DNA of 64,000 nt, from assembly GCA_963815115.1 (NCBI GenBank), contig CAWFFN010000012.1, positions 672,001 to 736,000 on the forward strand, written 5' to 3'. The position numbers and the translations under genes are program-made. The notes beneath the pieces are model-generated. The model was not told the origin of the DNA. It saw nothing but the letters and a program-made list of their open reading frames with translations, and searched no databases. This stretch comes from an uncultured delta proteobacterium (lineage in GTDB: Bacteria > Desulfobacterota > Binatia > DP-6). This document shows, in pieces, positions 41,957-52,417 of the stretch (positions within the stretch are counted from its first letter, which is position 1; each line of letters opens with the position of its first letter).

Positions 41957-43128
41957 CAGGCGTGCCGCAGCGCGTCCACGACGGACAGGTGGGCGGCGCG
42001 CCAGGCCGGCCCGAGGCCGCCGAACACGCCGATGGCGGTAGCGAACCCGGCCCCCAGGACGGCGCCGCCGACCGTCGGCTCGAGGAGCACGGTCGCCACG
42101 GTGAAGGTCATCATGCTGAAGGCGACCCCCGAGAGCAATGTGTTGATGGCGAGCATGGCGAGGCCCGCGAGGGCGAGGCCGGCGACCAGCCCCGCCAGGG
42201 CGAGCAGCAGCGACTCGGCGAGGAACGACACCAGGATGGTGCCGCGCCCGAAGCCCAGAGCGCGCAGCGTCCCGATCTCGGGCGTCCGGTTCGCGACCGC
42301 GGCGTACATGGTGTTCAGGGCGCCGAAGGTGGCCCCGGCGCCCATCACCATCGCGAGCGTCAGGACCAGGACGTAGAGCGCGTTGGCGGTCTCGGCCTGC
42401 TCGGCATAGTAGGCCACCTCGGGCTTGGCCTCGAGCGTGAAGCGGCCGTCGCTCTCGATCCGCTGCTTCAGGTCGCGCATGTCCGCGCCCGGCGCCACGG
42501 TGACGCGGAGCCCCGAGTAGCCGTCGCGCCGCGTATCGTCCTGCACGTCCGTCACGTCGGCCCAGATCTCGCTGTCGAAGGCGGTGCCACCGGAGTCGAA
42601 CACTCCCACCACGGTCCAGTGCCGGCGGCCGAGCTCGATGCGGTCGCCGATCCCGACGCCGTAGCGCCGGGCGGCGTCGGTGCCGACCACCACCTCGCCG
42701 AGGTTGGGGACGAACGGACGTCCGGCGACCAGCCGCACGGCACGGTGCACGCGGAAGGCGACGGGCTCGACGCCGCGCACGAGCACGTTCTCGCGGCCGC
42801 CCTCGCGGTTGCGCATGAAGGGCTGGTTCACCAGCTCGGGCGAGGAGAGCGGCGTGCCATCGGCGTCGCGCGCCACGCCGGTGAGGGAGCGGATGGTCTG
42901 CGCCGCGTCGCGCGGCACCTGGCTCGAGCCGTCGCTGGTCGACCCCTTGCGCATGACGACGAGGTTGTCGGGCTCGCCGGCCGACGTCAGTATCTGCTTC
43001 AAGCCGCTCACCAGGGCCGCCAGCAGCATGGTCGCCGCCACGACGAGCGCGATGCCGCCCGCCGTGAACGCGCTCGTCCAGCGTCGCACGAGGAGGTTGC
43101 GCACGTTGTAGCTCAGGGGAACCGCCAC
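41956..43128 (-). CDS. ABC transporter permease (MacB/FtsX family)
   Basis: YNVRNL, NTMYAAVANRTPEIGTLRALGF, GGLGPAWRAA. Confidence 0.9.
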   Translation of the reverse strand: MAVPLSYNVRNLLVRRWTSAFTAGGIALVVAATMLLAALVSGLKQILTSAGEPDNLVVMRKGSTSDGSSQVPRDAAQTIRSLTGVARDADGTPLSSPELVNQPFMRNREGGRENVLVRGVEPVAFRVHRAVRLVAGRPFVPNLGEVVVGTDAARRYGVGIGDRIELGRRHWTVVGVFDSGGTAFDSEIWADVTDVQDDTRRDGYSGLRVTVAPGADMRDLKQRIESDGRFTLEAKPEVAYYAEQAETANALYVLVLTLAMVMGAGATFGALNTMYAAVANRTPEIGTLRALGFGRGTILVSFLAESLLLALAGLVAGLALAGLAMLAINTLLSGVAFSMMTFTVATVLLEPTVGGAVLGAGFATAIGVFGGLGPAWRAAHLSVVDALRHA

Positions 43129-43135
43129 GTCCGAC

Positions 43136-44302
43136 TCAGAAGAGGCGCCGGAGCGCCTCGATGACGTTGGTGCGGGCGCCGTTCCAGGCCGGGACCAGGC
43201 CGGCGACGAACCCGACGACGACGGCGACGGCGACGCCCTCGGCGGCGACCCCCGGTGACATCCGGAAGCCCCCGAGCGGCCCGAGGACGCCCGTGAATCC
43301 CGTCTTTCCGCCCACGCGCAGCGCCTCCAGGATGGCGTACGCCGAGCCGGCGCCGAGGAGCCCGCCGGCGAGCCCCTGGAGGGAGGACTCCGCGAGCAAC
43401 GCGGCCAGGATGGGGCCACGCCGGAACCCGAGACTCTTCAGGATGGCGATCTCGGGAATGCGCTCGCGGATGCCCATGGCGCTCGTGTTGGCCGCGATCA
43501 GCACGACCGCGCCCACCACGAGGAAGCCCACCAGCAGGATGACGCGCAGGAGGCCCTGGAACGTCGCCATGAAGCTGGCGATGAAGGCCTTCTCGGTCTC
43601 CGCCGCCACCTCGGCCTCCGAGTTGCGGAACAGCGCATCGACCTGCGCGACGATGCCGTCGACCTGCTCGGGACTCGCCGCCCGCAGCCAGATCATGCCG
43701 ACGCGGTTGAACCCGCCGCGCGACTCCATGGCCTCGTCGAGATACTTGCGGCTGAACCAGAACATCGTCGGATTGGCCATGCCGCCGATCGTGCCGACGA
43801 TCTCGAAGGTGAGCTCGATCGGGAAGATCGTTCCCTTGAGCGAGACGTTCTGCCCGATGCGCCAGCCGAACTTGCGCATGGTGTCCTCGCCGACGAGGGC
43901 AGCGTTGCGGATGCGCTTGAAGCGCGCCAGGGCGTCGGGCGCGATGTGGTAGTCGGGCCACACCTGCTCGACGTTCTCCGGATCGACCGCGAAGTTCGGG
44001 AACATGTTCTTCGGCTCGTCGTAGACGCCGCCGAACCACGAGTACTCGTTCACGCCCACCACGCCCGGGAGGCCGCGGACCTTCTGCATGAAGGCGGCCG
44101 GCAGCCAGTAGGTGAAGCCGGCCTTGTGGTGCACGGCGATGCGGACGTTGGACGCCGCCCGCTCCATGATCGCGTCCAGCGCCGAGGGCAGGGTGAGCAC
44201 GGCGCACACGAGGAAGATGGAGAGGGCGATGGAGAGCGTCGTGAGGGTGGTGCGCAGCGGGTGACGCATCAGGTTGCGCGCGACCAGGCGGGGATAGGTC
44301 AT
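43136..44302 (-). CDS. ABC transporter permease (MacB/FtsX family)
   Basis: RNLMRHPLRT, RERIPEIAILKSLGF, GLVPAW. Confidence 0.9.
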   Translation of the reverse strand: MTYPRLVARNLMRHPLRTTLTTLSIALSIFLVCAVLTLPSALDAIMERAASNVRIAVHHKAGFTYWLPAAFMQKVRGLPGVVGVNEYSWFGGVYDEPKNMFPNFAVDPENVEQVWPDYHIAPDALARFKRIRNAALVGEDTMRKFGWRIGQNVSLKGTIFPIELTFEIVGTIGGMANPTMFWFSRKYLDEAMESRGGFNRVGMIWLRAASPEQVDGIVAQVDALFRNSEAEVAAETEKAFIASFMATFQGLLRVILLVGFLVVGAVVLIAANTSAMGIRERIPEIAILKSLGFRRGPILAALLAESSLQGLAGGLLGAGSAYAILEALRVGGKTGFTGVLGPLGGFRMSPGVAAEGVAVAVVVGFVAGLVPAWNGARTNVIEALRRLF

Positions 44303-44991
44303 GCGGTCGCCCGTCCGAGACCGCCGTCGTCCACCAGCACGCCCTTGTCGAGCCGCACCACGGTGTCCACCCAGCGCTCGGCGCGCGGGTCGTGCGTCAC
44401 CATGACGATCGTCTTCTCGAAGGCGCGGTTCAGCTCCTGAAGCAGGGTGAGGATGTCCTCCGCGCTCTTGGCGTCGAGGTCGCCGGTGGGCTCGTCCGCC
44501 ACCAGCAGATCGGGGTCGGTGACGATGGCGCGGGCGATGGCCACCCGCTGCTGCTCCCCGCCCGAGAGCTGCTGCGGCCGGTGATGGGCGCGATGCGCGA
44601 GCCCGACCGCGCGCAACGCCAGCTCGGCACGCTCGTGCCGTTCGCCACGCGCGAGCGAGGTGAGGAGGAGCGGCAGCTCGACGTTCTCGATCGCCGTCAG
44701 CACGGGCAGCAGGTTGTAGAACTGGAAGATCAGCCCGACGTGCCGGGCGCGCCAGCCCGCGAGGCCGTCCTCGTCGAGCTCGGAGAGCGCCTGCCCGGCG
44801 ACGACGACCTCGCCTCCGTCGGGGCGATCGAGGCCGGCGACGAGATGGAGGAGGGTCGATTTTCCGGATCCCGATGGCCCCATCAGCGCCACGAAGCGCC
44901 CCGCGGGCACGTACAGGGTCACGTGCTCGAGCGCGTGCACCAGGTCGACGCCGCGGTGGTACAGGCGTGACACGTTCCGGACGTCGATCAT
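44299..44991 (-). CDS. ABC transporter ATP-binding protein (LolD/MacB-like)
   Basis: [30 protein letters not shown]. Confidence 0.95.
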   Translation of the reverse strand: MIDVRNVSRLYHRGVDLVHALEHVTLYVPAGRFVALMGPSGSGKSTLLHLVAGLDRPDGGEVVVAGQALSELDEDGLAGWRARHVGLIFQFYNLLPVLTAIENVELPLLLTSLARGERHERAELALRAVGLAHRAHHRPQQLSGGEQQRVAIARAIVTDPDLLVADEPTGDLDAKSAEDILTLLQELNRAFEKTIVMVTHDPRAERWVDTVVRLDKGVLVDDGGLGRATA

Positions 44992-45059
44992 CGAGTACCG
45001 TGGTGTTTGCGGACGGGGGCCGGCCGGGTCAAGCGCGCTCTTCCCCTGCCGCCTTGGCA

Positions 45060-45902
45060 ATGGCTACACTCCGCCCGGTGCCGCACGCGCAACCACTCCC
45101 CTCGAGCACCGTCATCCTCCTCGGGGAAGCAGCCGGCGAGAGCGACCCGTTCGAGGTCCTGATGCTCGAACGTCACGGCAGCGTCTCGTTCCCCGGCGTC
45201 CACGCCTTCCCCGGCGGCGTGGTCGATCCCGGCGATCACGACGTTCCCGGTGCCGATCTGCCCGGCGATCAGGCCTGGGCGCCCGAAGCGGAGGGCGATT
45301 GCCCGCCCGGCGCGCTGCCCTACTGGGTGGCCGCGGTACGCGAGCTGTTCGAGGAGGTGGGCATCCTGCTCGCCAGCAGCGGCGGTACGCCGCTGGACGG
45401 CCCCCTGCCGCCCGAGCTCGCCGCGCTGCGCGCACGCCTCCACGGAGGCGAGTCCTTCGCGGCGCTCCTCGCGGCGCATGGCCTGCGGCCGGCGACCGAC
45501 GGGCTGTACTCCTTCGCGCGCTGGATCACGCCGCCCCAGAATCCGCGCCGCTTCGACACCCGCTTCCTGGTCGGGCGCATGCCGCGCGGACAGGAAGCGG
45601 TGCCGGACGGCACCGAGACGGTCAGCTGCGGCTGGCTGTCGCCACGCGCCGCGCTCGCCGCCTACGAGCGCGGCGACATCATGCTGATTCCTCCCACCGT
45701 GCGCACGCTCGACGACCTGGGCGGCTTTCCGTCCATCGACGCCGTGCTCGCCGACGCGCGGCGCCGGGTGGTCCGCGCGGTGCGCCCCGAGGTGGTGCAG
45801 ACCGGCGGGCTCGCGACGCTGAGCTATCCGGACAATACCGGGCGCGCGGACGTCTCGCCGCGCCGACTCGTGCTGCGCGACGGACGCTGGCGGCCGGACT
45901 GA
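45060..45902 (+). CDS. NUDIX hydrolase (NUDT19/acyl-CoA diphosphatase-like)
   Basis: FPGGVVD, AVRELFEEVG, ARWITP, RRFDTRF; start 45060 or 45078. Confidence 0.85.
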   Translation: MATLRPVPHAQPLPSSTVILLGEAAGESDPFEVLMLERHGSVSFPGVHAFPGGVVDPGDHDVPGADLPGDQAWAPEAEGDCPPGALPYWVAAVRELFEEVGILLASSGGTPLDGPLPPELAALRARLHGGESFAALLAAHGLRPATDGLYSFARWITPPQNPRRFDTRFLVGRMPRGQEAVPDGTETVSCGWLSPRAALAAYERGDIMLIPPTVRTLDDLGGFPSIDAVLADARRRVVRAVRPEVVQTGGLATLSYPDNTGRADVSPRRLVLRDGRWRPD

Positions 45903-45910
45903 ACGCGGAA

Positions 45911-47326
45911 TCAGTCCCCGATCGGGCGGGTCGTGCCCTCGAGCTCCCGCGTCCACCAGGCGCCGGTCGCCGCCCGCGTGGCGGCGTCGGAGAACTGGTA
46001 GCGATACACGGCGACGCGCAGGAAGCGTGGCGCCGCGGTCGGAAACGGGTCGCGCGCGAACAGCGGGGCGACCACCGCGGGCTCGTGCAGCAGGCGATCG
46101 AGCAGGGTACGGAACCACGGCGCCAGCCCGCGACCGCCGAGCAGCAGGAACCACATCTGGAAGTCGACGCGAGGCTGGTGCGGAGCGACGAACGGCGGCG
46201 CCCGGTCGACGTCGCCGGGCTCGTAGCGCAGCTCGTAGGACTGCCAGGTGACGCCGTCGTCGGACCCTTCGATGACGGGCTCGCGGCGCACGAGCGTCAT
46301 CTGCGCGAACAGGTGATAGGCGTTGATCGAGCGCACCTCGTCGAGCAGCGCACGCGCCGGGAGCGCGGCCCGGGCGAGCGGCCGCAACCCCGGGACGAAG
46401 GGAATGAACGGCACGAGCGTCAGGGCGACGAGCCCCGCGGTGGTGATCCCCAGCGCCGCGGTCGCGACGCGGCCCGGGTCGGGGAGGGGTTCGGGACGGG
46501 CGGGGCGGCCGAGGCGGCGGGCGAGACCCGCGAGATGCCCGTCGTCGAGCACCCAGAGGCAGAGCGCGAGCGCGAGATAGTTGAAGAAGCCGTAGTTGCC
46601 CGTGGTCAGGACGACGAGCTGGAACGCCGCCATCAGCGCGAAGGCGAGCGGGCGGAGCGCGCGCGGTCCCCAGATGAGGAACGGGACGCCCAGCTCGACC
46701 GCGAGCGTCGCCGCGCCCGCGGCGCGGTGCGCCCACAGCGGAAGCTGATGCACGTACCAGCCGATCCATGTCGGGAGCGGCGCGGTCTCGTAGTAGCCCG
46801 CCATCGCCGTCAGATCGCGCCAGGTGGGATCGCCGAGGAGCAGCTTCGCCAGCCCGGACTCGGCGTAGAGGCGGAAGAGGAGCCACTGCATCAAGAAGAC
46901 GCCGAGCGGGTGGGGCGGCGGAGCATCGCGCAAGCGCCAGCCGCCCGGCGCGACGAAGAGGGCGAAGAAGCTCGACTCGAGCAGCAGGTTGTCCCACTGG
47001 AACGAGAGGAAATCCTGCCCGATCGCGACGTACGAGAGGTAGAGGAGCCAGGCGGCACCGAGGAGCCAGCGTGGCGCCAGGCCGAGCGCGAGGCCGCAGC
47101 CGAGCGCCGCGCCGGCGAGGGTGCCCCACCACAGCAGGCGGTCGCCGCAGCCGAGACGGAAGATCGTGGCCAGCGATTGCGCGGCGGCGGGACACGCCGG
47201 CAGGAGCCCGTGATCGCCGTAGAGCACGAGCACCTGGCGCCCGAGCGACCAGAAGGCGATCGCGAAGATGACGCCCAGCAGGCGCAGGAAGACGTTGCGA
47301 ACCAGCGTCCGGCCGGGAGGAATCAT
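45911..47326 (-). CDS. Lipase maturation factor family membrane protein
   Basis: FLSFQWDNLLLE, YYETAPLP, TGNYGFFN, APHQPRVDFQMWF. Confidence 0.9.
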   Translation of the reverse strand: MIPPGRTLVRNVFLRLLGVIFAIAFWSLGRQVLVLYGDHGLLPACPAAAQSLATIFRLGCGDRLLWWGTLAGAALGCGLALGLAPRWLLGAAWLLYLSYVAIGQDFLSFQWDNLLLESSFFALFVAPGGWRLRDAPPPHPLGVFLMQWLLFRLYAESGLAKLLLGDPTWRDLTAMAGYYETAPLPTWIGWYVHQLPLWAHRAAGAATLAVELGVPFLIWGPRALRPLAFALMAAFQLVVLTTGNYGFFNYLALALCLWVLDDGHLAGLARRLGRPARPEPLPDPGRVATAALGITTAGLVALTLVPFIPFVPGLRPLARAALPARALLDEVRSINAYHLFAQMTLVRREPVIEGSDDGVTWQSYELRYEPGDVDRAPPFVAPHQPRVDFQMWFLLLGGRGLAPWFRTLLDRLLHEPAVVAPLFARDPFPTAAPRFLRVAVYRYQFSDAATRAATGAWWTRELEGTTRPIGD

Positions 47327-47384
47327 CGAAGTGGGTCGCCGAGCATCGGCAGGCCCCTCGCCGACCTCGGACGCCGCGACGCCC

Positions 47385-48569
47385 TCAGGCCCCCCGCGGC
47401 AGTCCCAGGAACTGCATCGCGATGATCCCGCGCATGATCTCCGAGGTGCCCGAGGCGATGCTGGCGGCACGCGCTCCGAGGTAGCCGCGCTGCAGCCACT
47501 GCGCCGGATCGCCGTCGTGCATGCGTGGCGACGGCGTGTCGTACAGCAATCCCCCCGCTCCGAGGATTTCCATGCCGAGCTGCGGCATGGCCTGCGTCAG
47601 CTCGGTCCAGTGCAGCTTGATGATGGCGGACTCGGGGCCGGGCGATCCGAAGCGCACCAGCTTGTCGAGGGTGCGCTGGCAGGTCATGCGGAAGATCTCG
47701 GTCCCGAGATAGGCTTGCGCCAGCTGCTGGCGCAGGACGGGATCGTGGCCCGCTCCCCGCTCGCGGGCGAAGGCGAGCAGCTTGTCGCGCTGCTCCTTGA
47801 GCACGATCTGCATCCCGACCACGTAGAGGATGCCACGCTCGTTCTGCAGGGCCGCGACGGCGATCTGCCAGCCGCCGTGCAGCTCGCCCAGGAGGTTCTG
47901 CCGTGGCACCCGCACGCCTTCGAAGAACACCTCGTTGAACTCGGCGTCGCCGGTCATCTGGCGCAGCGGTCGAACCTCGATTCCCGGGCTGCGCATGTCG
48001 ACCAGGAGGCAGGAGACGCCACGCGCGCGCCGCGTCTCGGCGTCGGTGCGGCAGAGCAGCATGCACCAGTCGGCATCCTGGGCGAGCGTTGTCCAGACCT
48101 TCTGGCCGCTGACCACGAAGTGATCGCCGTCGAGGACGGCCTGCGTGCGCAGCGAGGCCAGGTCGGAGCCGGCGCCGGGCTCGGAGAATCCGAAGCACCA
48201 GAGATCGTCCGCGGACAGGATGCCGGGGAGGAAGCGCCGCTTCTGCTCCTCGCTGCCGTAGGCGAGGATCGGAGGCCCGGCGATGCCGATGCCGAGGTTG
48301 CCGATCACCTCGGGGGCGCGTACCCGCGCCATCTCCTCCACGTAGGCGAGCTGCTGCGGGATGCTGGCATCGCGCCCTCCGTACTCGCTGGGCCAGTGGA
48401 TGCCCACGAGGCGCGCCTCGGCGAGCGTCTTCTGCCAGGCGCGCAGGCCCTCGAGGCGCTCGGCGGCGGGAAGCCGGGCGGCATTCTCCGGACGGAGATG
48501 GTCCGGAACATGGGCTTCGAGCCAGGCGCGCAGCTCGCGGCGAAAGTCCTCCACGCTCCCGTCTGCCAT
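47385..48569 (-). CDS. Acyl-CoA dehydrogenase family protein
   Basis: FSEPGAGSDLASL, GQKVWT, FNEVFF, SGTSEIMR. Confidence 0.93.
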   Translation of the reverse strand: MADGSVEDFRRELRAWLEAHVPDHLRPENAARLPAAERLEGLRAWQKTLAEARLVGIHWPSEYGGRDASIPQQLAYVEEMARVRAPEVIGNLGIGIAGPPILAYGSEEQKRRFLPGILSADDLWCFGFSEPGAGSDLASLRTQAVLDGDHFVVSGQKVWTTLAQDADWCMLLCRTDAETRRARGVSCLLVDMRSPGIEVRPLRQMTGDAEFNEVFFEGVRVPRQNLLGELHGGWQIAVAALQNERGILYVVGMQIVLKEQRDKLLAFARERGAGHDPVLRQQLAQAYLGTEIFRMTCQRTLDKLVRFGSPGPESAIIKLHWTELTQAMPQLGMEILGAGGLLYDTPSPRMHDGDPAQWLQRGYLGARAASIASGTSEIMRGIIAMQFLGLPRGA

Positions 48570-48699
48570 GGTCCCCGAGTAGCAGGGACGTCACGCGCGA
48601 GTCGAGCCGGGACCAGCCGACCACTCTCGGGGGGCACCCTGCCCGTGCCCGGGTCTCTGGTTGCGTGGGGGAGGGCGACCCGGGTAGCTGGGGCGCACC

Positions 48700-49899
48700 G
48701 TGTCGGCCGCCCCCCAACTCCTGACCGCCCACGGCGAGCTGTCCGCCTTTGCCGACCAGGCGCGTGCCGCCGGCAGGCTCGCCCTGGACACGGAGTTCGT
48801 CTGGGAGCGGACCTATCGGCCGACGCTCGGCGTCGTGCAGGTGGCGACCGACGACGCCTGCGCCATCCTCGACGCCACGGCCCTCCCGGATCTCGCCCCG
48901 CTCTTCCCGATTCTGCGCGATCCGACCATCCCGGTGGTGCTGCACGGGGGTGGGCAGGACCTCGAGATACTCGCCCTGCTGATGGGTGAGCCCGTGCGCG
49001 GCGTCGTCGACACGCAGGTCGAGGCGGCGTTCCTCGGTTACGGGCTGCAGGTCGGGCTCAGCGTGCTTCTCGAACGCGTGCTCAAGGTGCGCATCCGCAA
49101 GGATCAGACCTACACCGACTGGACCCGCCGGCCGCTCAAGCCCGAGCAGCTCGCCTACGCCCGGGCGGACGTCGTGCATCTCCTCGCACTGCACGATCGC
49201 CTGCGCAGCGATCTGGAGGGACGCGGCCGGCTGGGCTGGGTGGAAGAGGAGCTCCGGCGGCTCGAGGACGGCGCGCGCTACCAGGCCATGCCCGACGAGG
49301 AGCGGTTCCACACCGTGAAGGGGTGGCAGCGGCTCGAAGCGGCCGAGCTCGCGGTGCTGCGGGAGCTGGCATCCTGGCGCGAGCAGGCGGCACGGCGCGC
49401 CAACATCCGGCCGAACTTCATCGCCAACGACGTCGTGCTGGTGACGCTCGCCAGCCGCCGGGTCGAGCACGTCGAGGAGCTGCGCGGGGTGCGGGGGCTG
49501 TCGGCCGGGACGGTCGATCGCCACGGCCGCGCGATCGTCGCCGCCATCCGCACGGGCCACGAATGCCCGCGCCAGCGCTGGCCGGACCCGCCGGAGCGGA
49601 TACGGCGCCAGGCGCCGCCGAGCGGCCTGGTGGCGCTGCTGCGCGCCGCGGTCCAGGCGGTCGCCGACCGCGACGAGCTCGCTTCCGAAGTCATCGCCAG
49701 CGCTCGTGACCTCGACGCGCTGGTGGCGCGGGCGACGGCCAAAGGAGGGGCCGAGCCCGCAGGCGAGGAGCCCGCGCTGCTCCAGGGATGGCGGCGCACG
49801 CTGGTCGGCGACACGCTCCTCGCCATCGCCCGCGGCGAGCTCGCGTTGCGCTACGATCCCGCGCGCCGCGAGCTCGTGACCGATCCCGCCGGCACCTGA
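48700..49899 (+). CDS. rnd: Ribonuclease D
   Basis: LDTEF, DTQV, TDWTRRPL, YARADV DEDDy motifs plus HRDC region and terminal GWRR. Confidence 0.92.
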   Translation: MSAAPQLLTAHGELSAFADQARAAGRLALDTEFVWERTYRPTLGVVQVATDDACAILDATALPDLAPLFPILRDPTIPVVLHGGGQDLEILALLMGEPVRGVVDTQVEAAFLGYGLQVGLSVLLERVLKVRIRKDQTYTDWTRRPLKPEQLAYARADVVHLLALHDRLRSDLEGRGRLGWVEEELRRLEDGARYQAMPDEERFHTVKGWQRLEAAELAVLRELASWREQAARRANIRPNFIANDVVLVTLASRRVEHVEELRGVRGLSAGTVDRHGRAIVAAIRTGHECPRQRWPDPPERIRRQAPPSGLVALLRAAVQAVADRDELASEVIASARDLDALVARATAKGGAEPAGEEPALLQGWRRTLVGDTLLAIARGELALRYDPARRELVTDPAGT

Positions 49900-49913
49900 A
49901 CCGGGGCGGCCGC

Positions 49914-50363
49914 TCAGCTGCCGGCCGGCAGAGGCGTGACGCGGACGATCACGGTCTTGCCGTCGCGCACCCGGTCGGCGCGCGGACGGAAGAACCCGAT
50001 CCAGGAGATCCAGTACTTCTGGTCGTAGGCGGGCGCCATGCGCTCGGCCTGTGCGGGGTCGTGCAAGAGCTCGCCGTGGCCGACGAAGTGGGGGCCCTGC
50101 TCGCTACCCACCCAGACCAGGACCGGACTGCCCTTGGCGATGCGCTTGGCCTTGTGGCTTCCTGGCAAGGTCGTGAAGTAGACCGCTTCCCCGTCGAACA
50201 TGAACCAGATCGGCGCCACCTTGCTGGTGGTGCCGTCGGCACGCCGGGTGGCGACGTAGAGCTGCTTCGCGGTTTTCAGCGCTTGCTGCACGTCGGGCGA
50301 GAACTGCGCCGCGGCAGCCGCCACCGCGAACGCGAGCGTGCTCAAGGCGACAAGCGTCCACAT
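49914..50363 (-). CDS. Pyridoxamine 5'-phosphate oxidase-like split-barrel protein with signal peptide
   Basis: MWTLVALSTLAFAVAAAAA signal; VATRRADG, PIWF, SHKAKRI, KY. Confidence 0.7.
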   Translation of the reverse strand: MWTLVALSTLAFAVAAAAAQFSPDVQQALKTAKQLYVATRRADGTTSKVAPIWFMFDGEAVYFTTLPGSHKAKRIAKGSPVLVWVGSEQGPHFVGHGELLHDPAQAERMAPAYDQKYWISWIGFFRPRADRVRDGKTVIVRVTPLPAGS

Positions 50364-50475
50364 GCTCCACCTTCCTCCCGGCATCGCTGCGACGACCGAT
50401 TCGCAGGCTGCCGGCCACGAGTCAACCGGTTCCCGGCCGCGAACCGGTAAGCTGAACTCGCCTGCGGCCCGTGCT

Positions 50476-51747
50476 ATGTCTCGCCAGGTGACAACCAGAA
50501 CACGCTCCCGCAAGACCGGAGCGCAATCTCCGAAAACCCGAAGAACCACAACCCGATCCAGGCCACGAAAGCCGAAACCCGTCGCAGCGGCACCCGAGGT
50601 CGCAGAGACCTCCGAGCCCCGGGAGGAGCTCGTCCAGCCGGAGCCCGAGCCCCAGCCGGTCGAGGCGGTGATCGTCACCAGCGTCCCCGAGGCCGGTTTC
50701 GCCGCTTACGTGCCGCCGCCCGAGCCGCCGCCAGTGCGACCGGCGCGCCGGCGCGGCATCTTCTTCGACGTCGAGAACACCAGCCGCGCGGGCGACATCT
50801 CGCGCGTCGTCGAGCATCTCCAGCTCGACTGGACCGGCTGGACGACCGCGTTCACCGCCGTCGGCAACTGGCGCGTGATCGGCCACGACACGGCCCGGCT
50901 GCTCGCCCAGCATGGCGCCTCCCTGGTGCACAGCGCGCCGTCCGTCGGCGTACGCGACTGGAGCGACCTCCGCATCGCCGTGTCGGCCGGCGTGTGGCTG
51001 GCGGGCGCGCGTCCCGGCGACATCGTCGAGATCGTGTCCGACGATCAGGCCTTCGACGCGGTCGGCGACGTCGCCGCCAGCCTCGGGGTCACCTTCCGCC
51101 GCACCTCGTATCGCGCGCTCGCCGGCGGCCGGGCCCCGGCCGACACCGTGTCGAGCGCCGAGGGACGATCGCGTCGCTCGCGCCACAGCGGACGTCGCGG
51201 ACGCGGGGGTCGTGATGATCGCCGTGCGCCGGAGCCACCGCGCGTCAGTGCTCCGCCCCCGGCGGCGGAGACCGAGCCCCACACCGCGCCGCACGACGAG
51301 ATCGTCGGGGTGGTGCAGGAGCTGCTGGCGATGTCGCCGTCGGGCGTGAGCCTCGACGCCCTCGCCAACGCGCTCCGCGAGCGCGGTTTCAGCCGCCCTT
51401 CCGGCTCGCTCCGGCTGATCACCCGCCTGCGCCGGATCAAGGAGCTGCAGGTGTCCCGCGCCGGCACGATCCGGCTGGTCGACCAGAGCCAGCCCTCCGT
51501 TCCTGAGCTGCCTGCGCCCGCCGCCCCATGGACGCCACCGTCGAGCAACCGCCCCGTTGCGGCCGGTGTCGCGGACGACGCGGGTCAGATGCCGGCCGAC
51601 GCCGACGAGCCCGGCGTCCCACCGTCCGAGGGCGCCGCAGCGCCCGGCAGTGCTTCCCGCCGGCGGCGCCGGCGGGGCGGCCGGCGGCGTCGCGGCCGGC
51701 GCGGTGGTGGCGGCACGGCGGTCGCGGTGGCACCCGACGGCGCGTGA
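50476..51747 (+). CDS. NYN domain protein with HTH-like region and Arg/Pro-rich low-complexity segments
   Basis: IFFDVEN, DWSDLRI, IVSDDQAF; SLDALANALRERGF helix-turn region. Confidence 0.7.
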   Translation: MSRQVTTRTRSRKTGAQSPKTRRTTTRSRPRKPKPVAAAPEVAETSEPREELVQPEPEPQPVEAVIVTSVPEAGFAAYVPPPEPPPVRPARRRGIFFDVENTSRAGDISRVVEHLQLDWTGWTTAFTAVGNWRVIGHDTARLLAQHGASLVHSAPSVGVRDWSDLRIAVSAGVWLAGARPGDIVEIVSDDQAFDAVGDVAASLGVTFRRTSYRALAGGRAPADTVSSAEGRSRRSRHSGRRGRGGRDDRRAPEPPRVSAPPPAAETEPHTAPHDEIVGVVQELLAMSPSGVSLDALANALRERGFSRPSGSLRLITRLRRIKELQVSRAGTIRLVDQSQPSVPELPAPAAPWTPPSSNRPVAAGVADDAGQMPADADEPGVPPSEGAAAPGSASRRRRRRGGRRRRGRRGGGGTAVAVAPDGA

Positions 51748-51771
51748 CGCCTGCCAGGCGCCCGGGCCGGC

Positions 51772-52299
51772 TCACGCCATGCCGAGGCGCTCGCGTCCCT
51801 CCGGGGAGATCATCTGCGGATTCCAGGGAGGGTCCCACACGATCTCGACGTTGGCATCGCCCACGCCAGGCAATGCGAGCAGCTTCCCACGCGCGTCGGC
51901 GGCGATGGACGTCCCCATGCCGCAGCCCTGGGCGGTGAGCGTCATCTTCACGTCGATCTGGTTCTCGTCGCCGGCGGGCGTGATGCGCATGTCGTAGACC
52001 AGACCGAGGTCGACGATGTTCACCGGGATCTCCGGGTCGTAGCAGGTTCTGAGCACGTTCCAGACCTGCTGCTCGAGATCTCCCTGAGGCGCGACGACGG
52101 CCTCGCTCGGCTCCTTGCCGATGGCATCGACGTCCGTGCCTGCGATGCGGAAGAGCCCGCCGTAGACGGGCACCTGCACGGTGTACGAGCCACCCAGCGA
52201 CTGGGTGATGTAGACTTCGGTTCCCTGCTCGAGCAGCACCGTGTGGCCGGCAGGAATCTGGACGGCCTGGATGTCCCTGGAGAGCTCGACTCGCTCCAT
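51772..52299 (-). CDS. sufT: Fe-S cluster assembly protein SufT (DUF59)
   Basis: ITQSLGGSYTV, CYDPEIPVNIVDLGLVY, MTLTAQGCGMG, VWDPPW. Confidence 0.9.
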   Translation of the reverse strand: MERVELSRDIQAVQIPAGHTVLLEQGTEVYITQSLGGSYTVQVPVYGGLFRIAGTDVDAIGKEPSEAVVAPQGDLEQQVWNVLRTCYDPEIPVNIVDLGLVYDMRITPAGDENQIDVKMTLTAQGCGMGTSIAADARGKLLALPGVGDANVEIVWDPPWNPQMISPEGRERLGMA

Positions 52300-52417
52300 C
52301 GCGGAAGACCTCCTCTTCGCTGACCTTGCATTCTGGGACCCCCGGCGCCCGGGCGCAAGCCGCGCCCATCTGGCCGTGCGCTTGACCGGCCCCCGTGGCG
52401 AGCCTACGCCATCCCAT

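Noticed and set aside
40772-44991. Four-gene ABC exporter as a new system
   Set aside because: ATPase, two MacB-type permeases and an adaptor form a widespread known arrangement
51658-51710. CGG-rich tandem-like tract
   Set aside because: Encodes the Arg/Gly-rich protein tail; not an independent DNA repeat
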